Shown here piece after piece: positions 51,441-61,339 of a DNA stretch of 64,000 nucleotides; position 1 is the stretch's first letter; each line of letters starts with the position of its first letter. Both the position numbers and the translations under genes were made by a program. Source of the DNA: an uncultured Acidobacteriota bacterium. GTDB lineage: Bacteria; Acidobacteriota; Thermoanaerobaculia; UBA5066; Gp7-AA6. The notes below the pieces were generated by a model. It searched no databases. It saw only the letters and a list, made by a program, of their open reading frames with translations, and was not told the origin of the DNA. Where the stretch lies: NCBI GenBank assembly GCA_963742245.1, contig CAVULG010000004.1:169064-233063 (forward strand), in the 5' to 3' direction.

Positions 51441-52958
51441 ATGCACGCCTCGCCCGGGCAGATCCGGATCCTCCAGGCCGTCGTCTTCGCCGCCGGGGCC
51501 GTGCTCATGGCCCTCGAGATCCTGGGCTCGCGGGTGCTCGCGCCGAGCTACGGGTCCTCGGTCTACGTCTGGGGCAGCCTCATCTCGACCTTCCTCTTCG
51601 CGCTCTCCGCCGGCTACGCGCTCGGCGGCCGGATCGCGGACCGCCGGCCTTCGCTCGCGGCGCTGTCGCTGGTTCTGTCGGTGGGGGCCGTCCTGATGAT
51701 CCCGAGCATCGTCTGGCCCGAGGCGATTCTCGAGCGCATCGCCCGCAACGCGTGGGACGTGCGCTGGTCGGCGCTCGCCGCCGCCGTCGTGCTCTTCCTG
51801 CCGGCGTCCCTCGCGATGGGCATGGTCACGCCGTTCGCCGTCCGGATCGGCATCCGGCGGATGGAGTCCGCGGGGAGCGTCTCGGGCGGCTACGCGGCGC
51901 TCTCGACGGCGGGCTCGATTCTCGGAACGCTCGCCGCGACCTTTCTCCTGATCCCGCTTTTCCCGGTCGGACGGCTCCTCCTCGGACTCGCGGTGACGCT
52001 TCTGGCCTGCGCGGCGGTCCTCGTGCGCGATCGGGTCAGCGCGGCCGCCGTCGTGCTCGGCGGGATCGCCCTGGCGGCCGGGATGGCCGCGCGCGTTCCG
52101 CCGGCGCCGATCGGCAACGAGAAGGTGCTCCTGCGCCGCGACACGGCCTACCATCACATGGTCGTCACGCAGATCGACGCGTCGCGCTGGCTGCGCTTCG
52201 ACACCCTCACGCAGAGCGGCATCAACCTCGACCACCCGGAGCGCTCGGTCGTCGGTTACGACGAAGGCCTGCTCGCGGCCCTCGCCTTCCGCCCGGGAAT
52301 CCGGCGCGTGTGCGTGATCGGACTCGGGGGCGCATCGTTCCAGCGCAACTTCGCGCGCCTGCGTCCCGAGGCCGAGATCGACACGGTCGAGATCGATCCC
52401 GTCGTCCGCGACGTCGCCCGGGAGTACTTCCTCTACCGGGAATCCGACCGCATCCGAACGGTGATCTCGGACGGCCGCGTGTTCCTCGCTCGGAGCGGGC
52501 CGCCCTACGATCTGATCGTCCTCGACGCCTTCAACTCGAGCGGCGTGCCGTTCCATCTCACGACCCGCGAATTCTTCGCGCTCGTGCGAAGCCGGCTGAC
52601 TCCGGACGGCCTCCTGGCCGCGAACTTCGTCGGCGAGCTCATGGGCAGGGACGGCCGGCTCTTCTGGGCGACTTACAAGGCCGTCGTCGGCCAGTTCGGC
52701 CAGGTCTACGTCGCGAGCCGCCAGATCCAGGACGGCCGGGAGCCGACGGCCGGCAACATCCTGGTCTTCGCGACGGTCTCCGCGGAGCCGCTCGACGTGG
52801 AGGCGCTGCGGCGCCGCACCGAGGCGCTCGCGGGCGAATGGAGCATCGCCAACGTCACCGCCTACACGGACGCGCTCGTGCATGCCCCCCAGGCGCCCGC
52901 GGACGTGCCGGAGCTCACGGACGCCTACGCGCCGGTCGAGGCGCTCCAGAACTTCTAA
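51441..52958 (+). CDS. Fused MFS-like/spermidine-synthase-like methyltransferase
   Basis: TM region (MALEI.G.R.LAP.YGSS.YVW) followed by IGLGGA, VEIDP, DGR.FL, DLIVLDAF, PFHLTT.EF. Confidence 0.88.
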   Translation: MHASPGQIRILQAVVFAAGAVLMALEILGSRVLAPSYGSSVYVWGSLISTFLFALSAGYALGGRIADRRPSLAALSLVLSVGAVLMIPSIVWPEAILERIARNAWDVRWSALAAAVVLFLPASLAMGMVTPFAVRIGIRRMESAGSVSGGYAALSTAGSILGTLAATFLLIPLFPVGRLLLGLAVTLLACAAVLVRDRVSAAAVVLGGIALAAGMAARVPPAPIGNEKVLLRRDTAYHHMVVTQIDASRWLRFDTLTQSGINLDHPERSVVGYDEGLLAALAFRPGIRRVCVIGLGGASFQRNFARLRPEAEIDTVEIDPVVRDVAREYFLYRESDRIRTVISDGRVFLARSGPPYDLIVLDAFNSSGVPFHLTTREFFALVRSRLTPDGLLAANFVGELMGRDGRLFWATYKAVVGQFGQVYVASRQIQDGREPTAGNILVFATVSAEPLDVEALRRRTEALAGEWSIANVTAYTDALVHAPQAPADVPELTDAYAPVEALQNF

Positions 52959-52992
52959 GGGGTGTGGCGGGACGAGCGCCGCTCGGCGTCCC

Positions 52993-54174
52993 TCAGGGGT
53001 TCGTCTCGCGCCTCCGGTACTCCTCGAGGTTCTTGCGGTCCGTGACGTCGCGGCAGACGGCCAGCGCCGCGAGCGTGCGGCCGAAGTCGTCGAAGAGCGG
53101 AACGACGACCGTGTCGACGATCCCGGTGCCCTCGTCCTTGCGCGCATAGCGCATCTCGCCGCGCCACCGCCCGTCGCGCCGCATCTGACCGAGGAGATCC
53201 GCGGCGGTCTTCGTCGCGCCCGCCGGCCGGAGCAGATCCGGCGTCTTTCCGAGCATCTCCTCTTTGGTGTAGCCGAACATCCGTTCGGCCCCGGGATTCC
53301 AGTCGACGATGCGCGCCTCGAGATCCATCGTGATGACGGCGTCGGAGATGTGATCGAAAGCCCGCGCGTGCCGGCGGATCGTGTCCTCCATGAGGCGCAG
53401 GCGCGTCACGTCGTGAAAGCTCCAGACCCGGCCGACGGTGCGGCCGGCCACTTTCTGCGGCGAGGAGTAGCGCTCGAAGATCCGTCCATCTTTGAACTCG
53501 AGCCAGTCGTAGCTCCGGGCTTCCGGCTGGTCGTAGAGATCGCGGACCTTCTTGACGAAGCGCTCGGGCTCGCGCAGCTGGTCGAGAACGAACTCCATCG
53601 CCCGCTTGTCGTCGCGGTCGGCGATGACGTCCTCCGGAATCCGCCACATGGCCAGAAACTTCCGGTTGAAGCTGACGATGCGGCCCTCCCGGTCGACGAC
53701 CAGGATGCCGTCTGCCGTCGCCTCGATCGTGGCCTTCAGGAGCGAGAGCGTCTCCTCGACGCCGGCCTCCGCCTCGCGGCGCGCCGTGACGTCGCGAAAG
53801 CTCCAGACGCGGCCGACCGCGTGGCCGTCGACGACCTGGGGCCGCGAATCGCGCTCGATCAGCCTTCCGTCGGCGAGCTCGAGGATGTCGTGGCTCGCGG
53901 CCGCCGGCTGCGCGTAGACGTTCATCACCTTCTGAACGAAGGCGGCGGGGTCCTTGAGCTTGCCGACGACGAACGCGATCGCCCGGTTCTCGTCGCGGCT
54001 CTCGGCGATGTCCTCGGGGATCCCCCACATGTCGACGAAGCGCCGGTTGAAATGGACCATCCGCCCCTCGTTGTCGACCACGAGGATCGCGTCGGCGGTC
54101 GCGTCGATCGTGGCCTCCAGGAGCGCGTGCTCGCGCTCGAGGGCGGCCAGCCGCTCCGCGTCGCTCTCTTTCAT
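52993..54174 (-). CDS. Stand-alone triple-PAS-domain protein
   Basis: Two near-duplicate PAS repeats (AT.DAILVVD..GR...FN..F..MW.IP...GRVWSF.DVT) and a third PAS (WNPGAERMFGY); no output domain; ATGA overlap with the M61 gene. Confidence 0.85.
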   Translation of the reverse strand: MKESDAERLAALEREHALLEATIDATADAILVVDNEGRMVHFNRRFVDMWGIPEDIAESRDENRAIAFVVGKLKDPAAFVQKVMNVYAQPAAASHDILELADGRLIERDSRPQVVDGHAVGRVWSFRDVTARREAEAGVEETLSLLKATIEATADGILVVDREGRIVSFNRKFLAMWRIPEDVIADRDDKRAMEFVLDQLREPERFVKKVRDLYDQPEARSYDWLEFKDGRIFERYSSPQKVAGRTVGRVWSFHDVTRLRLMEDTIRRHARAFDHISDAVITMDLEARIVDWNPGAERMFGYTKEEMLGKTPDLLRPAGATKTAADLLGQMRRDGRWRGEMRYARKDEGTGIVDTVVVPLFDDFGRTLAALAVCRDVTDRKNLEEYRRRETNP

Positions 54175-56099
54175 CGCGCCGCAGACGCCGAACGGCGGGG
54201 CTTCGCGATCTCCGAGAGGACGTCGGGCTTCCCGGTCTCGCGCTCGAGGTGGGGGAACCGCTCGCCGCCGTGGTAGTCGACGGAGACGATCGAGAAGATC
54301 TCGGCGTTCTCGACGAGCAGCGGGATCGGCTGCGTGCCCTCCGGCGAGGACGCCGCACGCAGCGCGTCGCGCAGTCGGCCGACCGAATACCGCCGCCCGC
54401 CGACGGCATGAAGCTTCATCCCGGGGCCCACACCCGCGGCTTCGGCGGGCATCCCGGGCACGACGTCGACGACGAGGCCCGCTCCGTCGGCGCCGTCCCC
54501 CTGCACCATGATGCCGAGGGAGTCCCAGAAGTCGTAGGTCTCCGTCTCCTCTTCCGAGGAGGCGACGAGCTCCGGCTGCTTCTCCGTGAAGACGAGCTTC
54601 CAGCCGCCCTCCTCGACCCAGAGTCGCGGCGCCTTCGGCGCGACCGCGTCGACGCGCTCGCGAAAGAACGCGTCCCAGTCGTGCGGCGCGACGGCGTTCA
54701 ACGCCGCCAGGATGTCCGCCCGCGTGTAGGTCCGAACGGCGGGAGGTCCGCTCTCGCCCCCGTGAAACGCGCGAACGAAGTCGTCCAGGGACTTGCGGCC
54801 GCCGCTCTGGCGCCGGATCAGGACGTCGGCATCGAGCCACACGAGCGCTCCCTCGGAGTAGAAGTCGACGCCGCGACGCCAGGAAGCCCACTCGGGCCGG
54901 CCGTAGTAGAGAAGCTGCGCGGCCGTGGCCGTGTCCACGAGCGGCCGCCACGCGCGGCCGGACTGGCGGTCCATGCGCGCCACGAAGAGCGCGAGGTTCT
55001 CGCGCGCGAGCTCCGGTGTGCGCAGTCCGCTCCGGGCCCCGAGGATTTCGCCGTAGTACTCCGTCAGGCCTTCGTAGGCCCAGAGAAGCCCGCTGTCCAC
55101 GGGAACCTGGTAGTCGGCCGTCACTCCGGACACGAGACCGGCGGGCGAACGGTACTTGCCGTTCCACGAGTGGACGTACTCGTGGGACAGGAGCGTTCCG
55201 AGAACCTGGCGCGCGGTCTCGTCCCGCAGCGCCCGCTCGGCGGCCCGGTTGTCGCTCGACTCGTGATGCTCGAGGCCGGTCGAGGGGATCTGGTTGGAGA
55301 GCGAAAGGAGGAAGTGGTAATTGCGATAGTGACGCGCGCCGAAAAGCGCCTGCGCCTCGGCGACGAGATTGCGGTAGCGCGCGATCTCTGCTTCGGAAAT
55401 CTCGATCGCGCCGGCCGAGTCCCCCGCGAGGTGGAGGAAGTGGCCGGCCGCATTCCCGGGAGAAAGATCGACCGTCCGGAAGTGAACGCCCGCGAGCAGC
55501 GGCGAGTCGATGAGGGTCACGAGCGACACCGGAGCGAACGAAACCGTGCCGCCCGCGGCCTTCTCGACCGCAAGAGCCGTCGCGTACTTCCAGCCGTCCG
55601 GAAGCGTCAGCGTCGCGCGGAAGCGGGTCGCGTTGGCGTCCGGCCCGCGGGGATACAGAAGGACCGACCACCAGTTGATCCACGCCAGGCGGGCCGTCGC
55701 GGTCGTGTACGCCGTGAGCGAGGCCACGTAGTCGAAGGAGACCTCGAGCGCCGAGGCTCCGGCCGGCACGACGAGCTCGAAGTTCCACATCTCCGTCGGC
55801 GAACGTCTCCAGGCCACCGGCTGACCGTTCGCGCGGATCACCAGGCCCACGAGGTCGGTGACGGGCCCCTCCGCGCCGTGCTCGCCCGGAATCCACTTGG
55901 GATACGCGAGCGTCAGGGGGCCCGGTGTCACGGGGATCGTCTCCCGAACGCGGAAGACTCGCCGCGGCGCGTCGCGGGCATCGACGGCGAGCGAGATCTC
56001 TTGGGCGGCGCCGGCCCCTGCGAGTACCGCCAGGGCGGCTGCGGCAAGCAGCGTTCGACGAAGAAGGAGCATCTTTTCCAGGGCCAGAAACGAATCCAC
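54171..56099 (-). CDS. M61 family metallo-aminopeptidase with PDZ domain
   Basis: YPKWIPGEH, GLEH, HEYVHSWNGK, LWAYEGLTEY; C-terminal PDZ. Confidence 0.92.
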   Translation of the reverse strand: MDSFLALEKMLLLRRTLLAAAALAVLAGAGAAQEISLAVDARDAPRRVFRVRETIPVTPGPLTLAYPKWIPGEHGAEGPVTDLVGLVIRANGQPVAWRRSPTEMWNFELVVPAGASALEVSFDYVASLTAYTTATARLAWINWWSVLLYPRGPDANATRFRATLTLPDGWKYATALAVEKAAGGTVSFAPVSLVTLIDSPLLAGVHFRTVDLSPGNAAGHFLHLAGDSAGAIEISEAEIARYRNLVAEAQALFGARHYRNYHFLLSLSNQIPSTGLEHHESSDNRAAERALRDETARQVLGTLLSHEYVHSWNGKYRSPAGLVSGVTADYQVPVDSGLLWAYEGLTEYYGEILGARSGLRTPELARENLALFVARMDRQSGRAWRPLVDTATAAQLLYYGRPEWASWRRGVDFYSEGALVWLDADVLIRRQSGGRKSLDDFVRAFHGGESGPPAVRTYTRADILAALNAVAPHDWDAFFRERVDAVAPKAPRLWVEEGGWKLVFTEKQPELVASSEEETETYDFWDSLGIMVQGDGADGAGLVVDVVPGMPAEAAGVGPGMKLHAVGGRRYSVGRLRDALRAASSPEGTQPIPLLVENAEIFSIVSVDYHGGERFPHLERETGKPDVLSEIAKPRRSASAAR

Positions 56100-56120
56100 G
56101 CGGCGGTCTCCTCTCGGTGC

Positions 56121-57275
56121 CTACTTCGCCGGGGTCGCGAGCTGATCCTGGATCACCTTCGCCAGAGGAATCAGCGATTTTCCGAGCTTCTCCGACGCCT
56201 GCTGGTAGGCCTCGAAGAATGCGCGCGGCCCGCCGGCGAGCGCCGTCCGGTACGCCTCGACGCCGAGGGCCTGGATGATTCCGTCGGCGACGAACGCCCC
56301 CGCGGGCCCGGCGACGCCCGAGACGAACTCGGGCTTCTTGATGTCCCCGGCGGCCGCCATGCGCGCGTCGAGGTCCGCTTCGGCCGACACGAGCCGGTCG
56401 GCGACCCGGTTCAGCTCGTCCATCGAGGTCTTCATCGGGCCCTTCAGCCACACCGACAGCGGAAAGAAGTTCTCGTCGACGTTGTAGATCGCGATCGGCC
56501 CCGCTTCCGCCACGACGTGCAGGAGCGGCTCGAGCTGCCCGAGCGACGGATCGCGCTTCTCCCATGCGGGGCTGCCGGTCCGGTACTCCGCCCAGGCCCG
56601 CTGGTAAGCCTCGCTCGCCATCAGGCGCGCGAGGCGGTGGATCTGTTCCTGCGGCGTGGCCGACTCGGTCTCCGAAACCGATCGGGAGAGGTCGATGACG
56701 ACTCCCCACTCCGCGCCATCGACGCCGGGAAGCGCGATGTGGTCCGCCCGGCTCGCGAGGCCGAAGGTCAGATAGAACGGGAGGGTCACCGACAGCGGCC
56801 GGTCCGTCGGCAGGAGCGCCCGTGCCCGGTTCGACGCGAGCTTCGTCAGCGCGGCCTCCTGCGACGAGATCATCGCGAGGAGGTCTTCCCAGCGCCCCCG
56901 GTCTTCGCGGATCCGCTGGAAGTCGAAGATCGAGGTGCGCGACTCCGCGTCGAAGGCCGCCGCGAGGTCGCGCTCGAAGGTCTCGGGCGGGCGGCCCGAC
57001 TCGCGGATCGCGAGCTCGACGGCCGGCAGCGTTTCGAGCTGCTTGGCCGCCGCCGGCGAGTAGGTCGCCTGCGAGAGCAGGGCGAGGATCTCGCGCGCGG
57101 CGCGCATGTCGAGGGTCAGCGTGAGCTTGTCGTTGCCGACCGGAGGGACGTCGTAGGGCGCCCCCGACGCGGAGCCGGGAGGCGGCTGAAACGTCGGCGC
57201 CGGAGGCCCCGATGCGCAGCCCGCCGCCAGCGAGCCGAGTGCGAGCGCGGCAACGAAAGCGCCGAATCGCCTCAT
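56121..57275 (-). CDS. Lipoprotein, possibly DUF5700/zincin-like with degenerate metal motif
   Basis: Lipobox LAAGC; ATGA overlap with the HAD gene; helix LMASEAYQ where a zincin HExxH would be expected. Confidence 0.55.
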   Translation of the reverse strand: MRRFGAFVAALALGSLAAGCASGPPAPTFQPPPGSASGAPYDVPPVGNDKLTLTLDMRAAREILALLSQATYSPAAAKQLETLPAVELAIRESGRPPETFERDLAAAFDAESRTSIFDFQRIREDRGRWEDLLAMISSQEAALTKLASNRARALLPTDRPLSVTLPFYLTFGLASRADHIALPGVDGAEWGVVIDLSRSVSETESATPQEQIHRLARLMASEAYQRAWAEYRTGSPAWEKRDPSLGQLEPLLHVVAEAGPIAIYNVDENFFPLSVWLKGPMKTSMDELNRVADRLVSAEADLDARMAAAGDIKKPEFVSGVAGPAGAFVADGIIQALGVEAYRTALAGGPRAFFEAYQQASEKLGKSLIPLAKVIQDQLATPAK

Positions 57276-57994
57276 GCCAGGATCGCCTCGAGGGCGAGAT
57301 CCGTGTCCGAAAAGTCCGGCAGCATCGCGTCGGGCTTCTCGGCGCCGAGACGCTCGAGGCTCGTGATCCCCGTCGCGACGGCGACCGAACGCACACCGAT
57401 CGACCGGCCGCAGGCGACGTCGTGAATCGAGTCCCCCACGATCACGACGGACTTGCCTTCGAAGCGCCGGCCCGAGTGCGCGAGCGCGCGCTCGACGGCG
57501 ATCTGCGGAAGGACGTACCGGTCGGCGGAATCGCTCCCGTACGCCCCGAAGGGAAAGTACCGGTTGTAGTCGGGCGGCGCGAGCTTGAGACGCGCGCCCG
57601 GCTCGAGGTTTCCGGTCAGAAGGCCCAGCGTCACGCGCGGTTCGGCGGCGAGCCGCGCGAGGAGGGGCGTGATGCCGGGCTTGGGAACGACGACGCCCGG
57701 AAGGAGCCCGCGGGAGAGCTCGGCGAGGTAGAGCTCGAACGCCCGCGGAAGGTCGCGCTCGAAACGCTCGGGCCCGATGTCGCCCACCACGAGCTCCCGC
57801 ACGATCTGGGGGTCGGTCTTGCCGGAGAAGTCCCACTTGCCGCGATCCTGGTGCTCCTCCGTCGCCCTCCAGCCGAACGCGGCCTCGAGGGCCGTCAGGA
57901 TGGAATCCCGCGCCACGCGGCCCGCCGACAGCAGCGTCCCGTCGATGTCGAAGAGGACGAGCCGGTGGCCGTTTTGAGAGACGTCAGACATCAA
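57272..57994 (-). CDS. HAD-family hydrolase
   Basis: LFDIDGTL, SGKTD, LLTGN, IVGDS..DV. Confidence 0.92.
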   Translation of the reverse strand: MMSDVSQNGHRLVLFDIDGTLLSAGRVARDSILTALEAAFGWRATEEHQDRGKWDFSGKTDPQIVRELVVGDIGPERFERDLPRAFELYLAELSRGLLPGVVVPKPGITPLLARLAAEPRVTLGLLTGNLEPGARLKLAPPDYNRYFPFGAYGSDSADRYVLPQIAVERALAHSGRRFEGKSVVIVGDSIHDVACGRSIGVRSVAVATGITSLERLGAEKPDAMLPDFSDTDLALEAILA

Positions 57995-58854
57995 CGGTCA
58001 TCATATTCAAAGCGCGCCGCATGCCAGGCGAGGATGTCCATCATCGCGCCGCGCCAGTACGTCCAGTCGTGGGTTCCCGCCTCGAGGACCACGGTCGCCG
58101 GCACGCCGCGCGCGTTCAGCAGCATCCCGTACTGCGCGGCCACGCGCTCGAGACCGTAGAGGTCCTCGGTGCCTCCGCGCAAGTGGACGAGGAAGGGCGG
58201 GGCCTCGAAGCACAGTCCCCAGAGCACGTTCCAGGCGTCGTTCTCGTCCAGCGCATTGTCGTTCTCGTCCGCGCCGAAGACCTTCTTGAGGGTGTAACGC
58301 GCCACCCAGTTGTACCGGTCGAGGTCCCTCCAGCCGAACGGAATGAGCGCGCCCGAGAGCGACGAGACCGTGCCGTACAGGTCGGGATGCCGCAGGGCGG
58401 TCTTGACGGCGCCGTAGCCTCCCATCGAGATGCCGGTGACGCCGCGCGCGCCTTTCGCGGGCAAAGCCCGGTAGCGCGTCTCGACCCAGTGCGGCAGATC
58501 GTCGGTCAGGAACGTCTCGAAGCGGCGCTTCCCGTCGTGCGAGTCGGAGAACCAGCTGCCCGGGCCGTTCGGCGCGACGATCAGGAACTCGGGAAGGGAC
58601 CCGGCCCGCATGCGCGCGAGCGCGTCGTCGACGACGCCGCGCCGCTCGAGCGTGCGCCCGTTGCCCCAGCCGTCGTGCAGGAAGTAGAGGACCGGGTAGC
58701 GCCGCGAGGGCTCGGCCGCGTACGACGGCGGGAGGACGACGAGGCAGTCCACCGCCCGCGGCATCGTCGCCGTCGGGACTTTCTCGTATCGGACTTCCGG
58801 AGCCGGCGCCGCCGCGAGGAGCGCCGCGGTTACCCCAGGCCAAACCCAATTCAT
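57991..58854 (-). CDS. Alpha/beta-hydrolase esterase
   Basis: YPVLYFLH, GISMGG nucleophile elbow, GTHDW.YW; TATGAT 6 nt before the ATG. Confidence 0.88.
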   Translation of the reverse strand: MNWVWPGVTAALLAAAPAPEVRYEKVPTATMPRAVDCLVVLPPSYAAEPSRRYPVLYFLHDGWGNGRTLERRGVVDDALARMRAGSLPEFLIVAPNGPGSWFSDSHDGKRRFETFLTDDLPHWVETRYRALPAKGARGVTGISMGGYGAVKTALRHPDLYGTVSSLSGALIPFGWRDLDRYNWVARYTLKKVFGADENDNALDENDAWNVLWGLCFEAPPFLVHLRGGTEDLYGLERVAAQYGMLLNARGVPATVVLEAGTHDWTYWRGAMMDILAWHAARFEYDDR

Positions 58855-58890
58855 GGCCGGATCATAGGGCGACCTCGCTACACTGGGACC

Positions 58891-59370
58891 GTGGCGGACC
58901 TCGAGAAGATGCCCCGGGAGCTTCACGTCACTCTGGGCGGCGAGGGGTTCCGGCGCCGCCGCCGCATCGCGCTCCCCCTCCTGACCACGGACCCGGAAGG
59001 CTTCCCGCGCGTCGCGCTCCTCACGCTCGGCGAGGTGCGGGCCAACTCCGTGTCCGAGCTCGCCGTTGCGGTGCGCGCGGGCAGCCGCACGGCGTTCAAC
59101 CTCGTGCGTCGCGGCACCGCGACGCTCCTCTACATGAACCGGAACGTGACGGCCTCCGTACAGGCCCGGGCGGGCCGCGGGCGCGTCAGCGGATGCGACC
59201 CGGCGCGGCGCCTCTTTCCCCTGAACGTCGAGAGCGTCCGGATGGACCGCCCCGCGGCCGAAGAAGGGGCGGTCGCCCTCCTGGGCGGGCCGACCTTCGG
59301 CGGAGCCGGCGCCGCGGCGCTCTTCTCGGAAGAGCTCTTCGAGGAGCTTTCGAAAGTGAGATGCGAATGA
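58891..59370 (+). CDS. Pyridoxamine-5'-phosphate-oxidase-like (split barrel) protein
   Basis: LLTTDPEGFPRVALL, SRT..NL.R.G; TACACT 6 nt before the GTG. Confidence 0.65.
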   Translation: MADLEKMPRELHVTLGGEGFRRRRRIALPLLTTDPEGFPRVALLTLGEVRANSVSELAVAVRAGSRTAFNLVRRGTATLLYMNRNVTASVQARAGRGRVSGCDPARRLFPLNVESVRMDRPAAEEGAVALLGGPTFGGAGAAALFSEELFEELSKVRCE

Positions 59371-60098
59371 ACTTCGCCGACCGCGTCGTCCTCGTCACCG
59401 GCGCCGGCCGCGGCATTGGCCGCTCGATCGCGCTCCTCTTCGCGGCGAAGGGAGCGCGCGTCGCGCTCGTCGCACGCACCCGGACCGAAGTCGACGACAC
59501 CGCGCACCGGATCGAGGCCGCGGGCGGGCGCGGACTCGCCCTCTGCGCCGACGTGACCGTCCGCGGGGCGGCCGAGGAGTGCGTCGCGGCGACCGACCGC
59601 GAGCTCGGGCCGGTCGACATCCTGATCAACAACGCCGGCGTCTTCGTCTGGCAGCCGTTCCTGAAGATGTCGCCCGAGGACTGGGACCGCGTCATCGCGA
59701 CGAACCTCACCGGCGCCGCCGACTTCTGCCGCGCCGTCCTCCCCGGCATGGTCGCGCGCCGGCGCGGGCGCATCGTCAACGTCTCGTCGATTCACGGCAT
59801 GCTGGGCGACGCGAACGTCGCCGCCCAGGCGGCCGCCAAGTTCGGCATGATCGGCTTGACCCAGAGCCTCGCCCGGGAGTTCCGCTCCCACAACATCGCG
59901 GTCAACGCGGTCTGCCCCGGCACCGTCGAGAACAAGAAGGACGAGGGCGACGCCCTGCACGCCGAGCCGCTCGCGGAGAAGCTATGGCCGCGCGACGTCG
60001 CGCGGGCGGTGCTCTTCCTCGCCTCCGACGACGCCGCGGCGATCACGGGAACGGCCCTGGAGATCTTCGGCGGCACGCACCTGACGATCAAGCCCTGA
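59367..60098 (+). CDS. SDR oxidoreductase (FabG-like) with Gln in place of the catalytic Tyr
   Basis: TGAGRGIG, NNAG, NVSS, QAAAK, VNAVCPG. Confidence 0.88.
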   Translation: MNFADRVVLVTGAGRGIGRSIALLFAAKGARVALVARTRTEVDDTAHRIEAAGGRGLALCADVTVRGAAEECVAATDRELGPVDILINNAGVFVWQPFLKMSPEDWDRVIATNLTGAADFCRAVLPGMVARRRGRIVNVSSIHGMLGDANVAAQAAAKFGMIGLTQSLAREFRSHNIAVNAVCPGTVENKKDEGDALHAEPLAEKLWPRDVARAVLFLASDDAAAITGTALEIFGGTHLTIKP

Positions 60099-60110
60099 GG
60101 CGAGATCGCC

Positions 60111-61241
60111 CTACTCGTCCCCCCGCGCGGTGCGCTGCGGCGCCTGCGCGGCGCCTCCGGAGCCCTTCGTCAGCTTGGGAAGATTCGCCGGGTCGCCGCC
60201 GCCGTGGGCCGGACCGTGCGGGTCGGGGGCCAGCCGAAGCGGCGACCACTTCGCTCCCGCATCGACGCTCTTCAGGACGCCGAGGTGCGTGCCGGCGTAG
60301 AGCACCGAGGACGCGCGCGGGTCGAGCGAGAGAGCGCTCACGTAGAGATCGGCGTGGAGCATGGACCACGTGGTCCCCGCATCCAGCGACTTGTAGATTC
60401 CGGAGGCCGTCGCGGCATAGAGCGTTCTCGGGGCCTCGCGGTCGATCGCGAGCGTCAGCACGTTCCAGGCGCGCAGGTTCTTGTGCAGGCCCTTCCAGGT
60501 GAGGCCCGCGTCTTCGCTGCGGAAGAGACCGTCGTGCGTCGTCGCGTACACCGTCGAGGACTTCGTCGGATCGTTGATCAGGGTCCAGACCGTCCCCTTG
60601 CTGAGCTGCCCGGCCGCGTGGACCCACGTCAACCCGCCATCGACACTTCGGAAGACGCCCTCGCTGTTGGTGCCCGCGTACAGCAGGCCGGGTCCCGCCG
60701 GATCCCCCGCGATCGCCGTCACCGCGACGCGCGTGGTCGGCGGCGTCAAGGCAATCCACGTGGCGCCCGCGTCGGTGCTGCGAAAGACTCCGCCGGCATC
60801 GGTTCCGGCGTAGACCCCGCCGCCGAGCACCGTGACGGCGCCGACGTAGCGGGAGGCGAGGCCGCTGTTGGCCGCCGCCCAGCGGTTTCCGCCGTCCGCG
60901 CTCTTGTACAGCCCTCCCTCGCCGGTCGCGGCGTAGAGGGTTCCGTGCGCTACCGGGTCCACGGCGAGCGCCACGACGGAGTGGCCTTCGAGCCCCCGCG
61001 CGCGCGCTTCCCAGTTGGCGCCGGAGTCGCTCGACCGGTAGAGCCCCCGCGCGGTCGCCGCGTAGATCGTCGAGGGCGTGGCTGGATCGAGAACGAGCGC
61101 CGTGACCAGGCCGCCCTCGCCCTGGAGCACGAATCCGGGGTCCTGCGCCTGCGCGGCTGCCGGACTGGCGGCGACGAACAGGACGACCGACCCCGCGGTG
61201 AGGTGAAGTAAGCCGCGCCTCCAGCGATCCGCTCGGTTCAT
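60111..61241 (-). CDS. Secreted BNR/Asp-box beta-propeller protein
   Basis: Seven [YF][RK]SxDxGxxW repeats; GGAG RBS; signal peptide. Confidence 0.85.
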   Translation of the reverse strand: MNRADRWRRGLLHLTAGSVVLFVAASPAAAQAQDPGFVLQGEGGLVTALVLDPATPSTIYAATARGLYRSSDSGANWEARARGLEGHSVVALAVDPVAHGTLYAATGEGGLYKSADGGNRWAAANSGLASRYVGAVTVLGGGVYAGTDAGGVFRSTDAGATWIALTPPTTRVAVTAIAGDPAGPGLLYAGTNSEGVFRSVDGGLTWVHAAGQLSKGTVWTLINDPTKSSTVYATTHDGLFRSEDAGLTWKGLHKNLRAWNVLTLAIDREAPRTLYAATASGIYKSLDAGTTWSMLHADLYVSALSLDPRASSVLYAGTHLGVLKSVDAGAKWSPLRLAPDPHGPAHGGGDPANLPKLTKGSGGAAQAPQRTARGDE

Positions 61242-61339
61242 GGTGTCTCCATCGAGTGAGTGCCTCGTGTCCACGAACGAGTGCCCTGTGGACTCCCGCC
61301 GTGACGGGCACGCCGCGAAGGGATTGGAGGGCCGACCGG

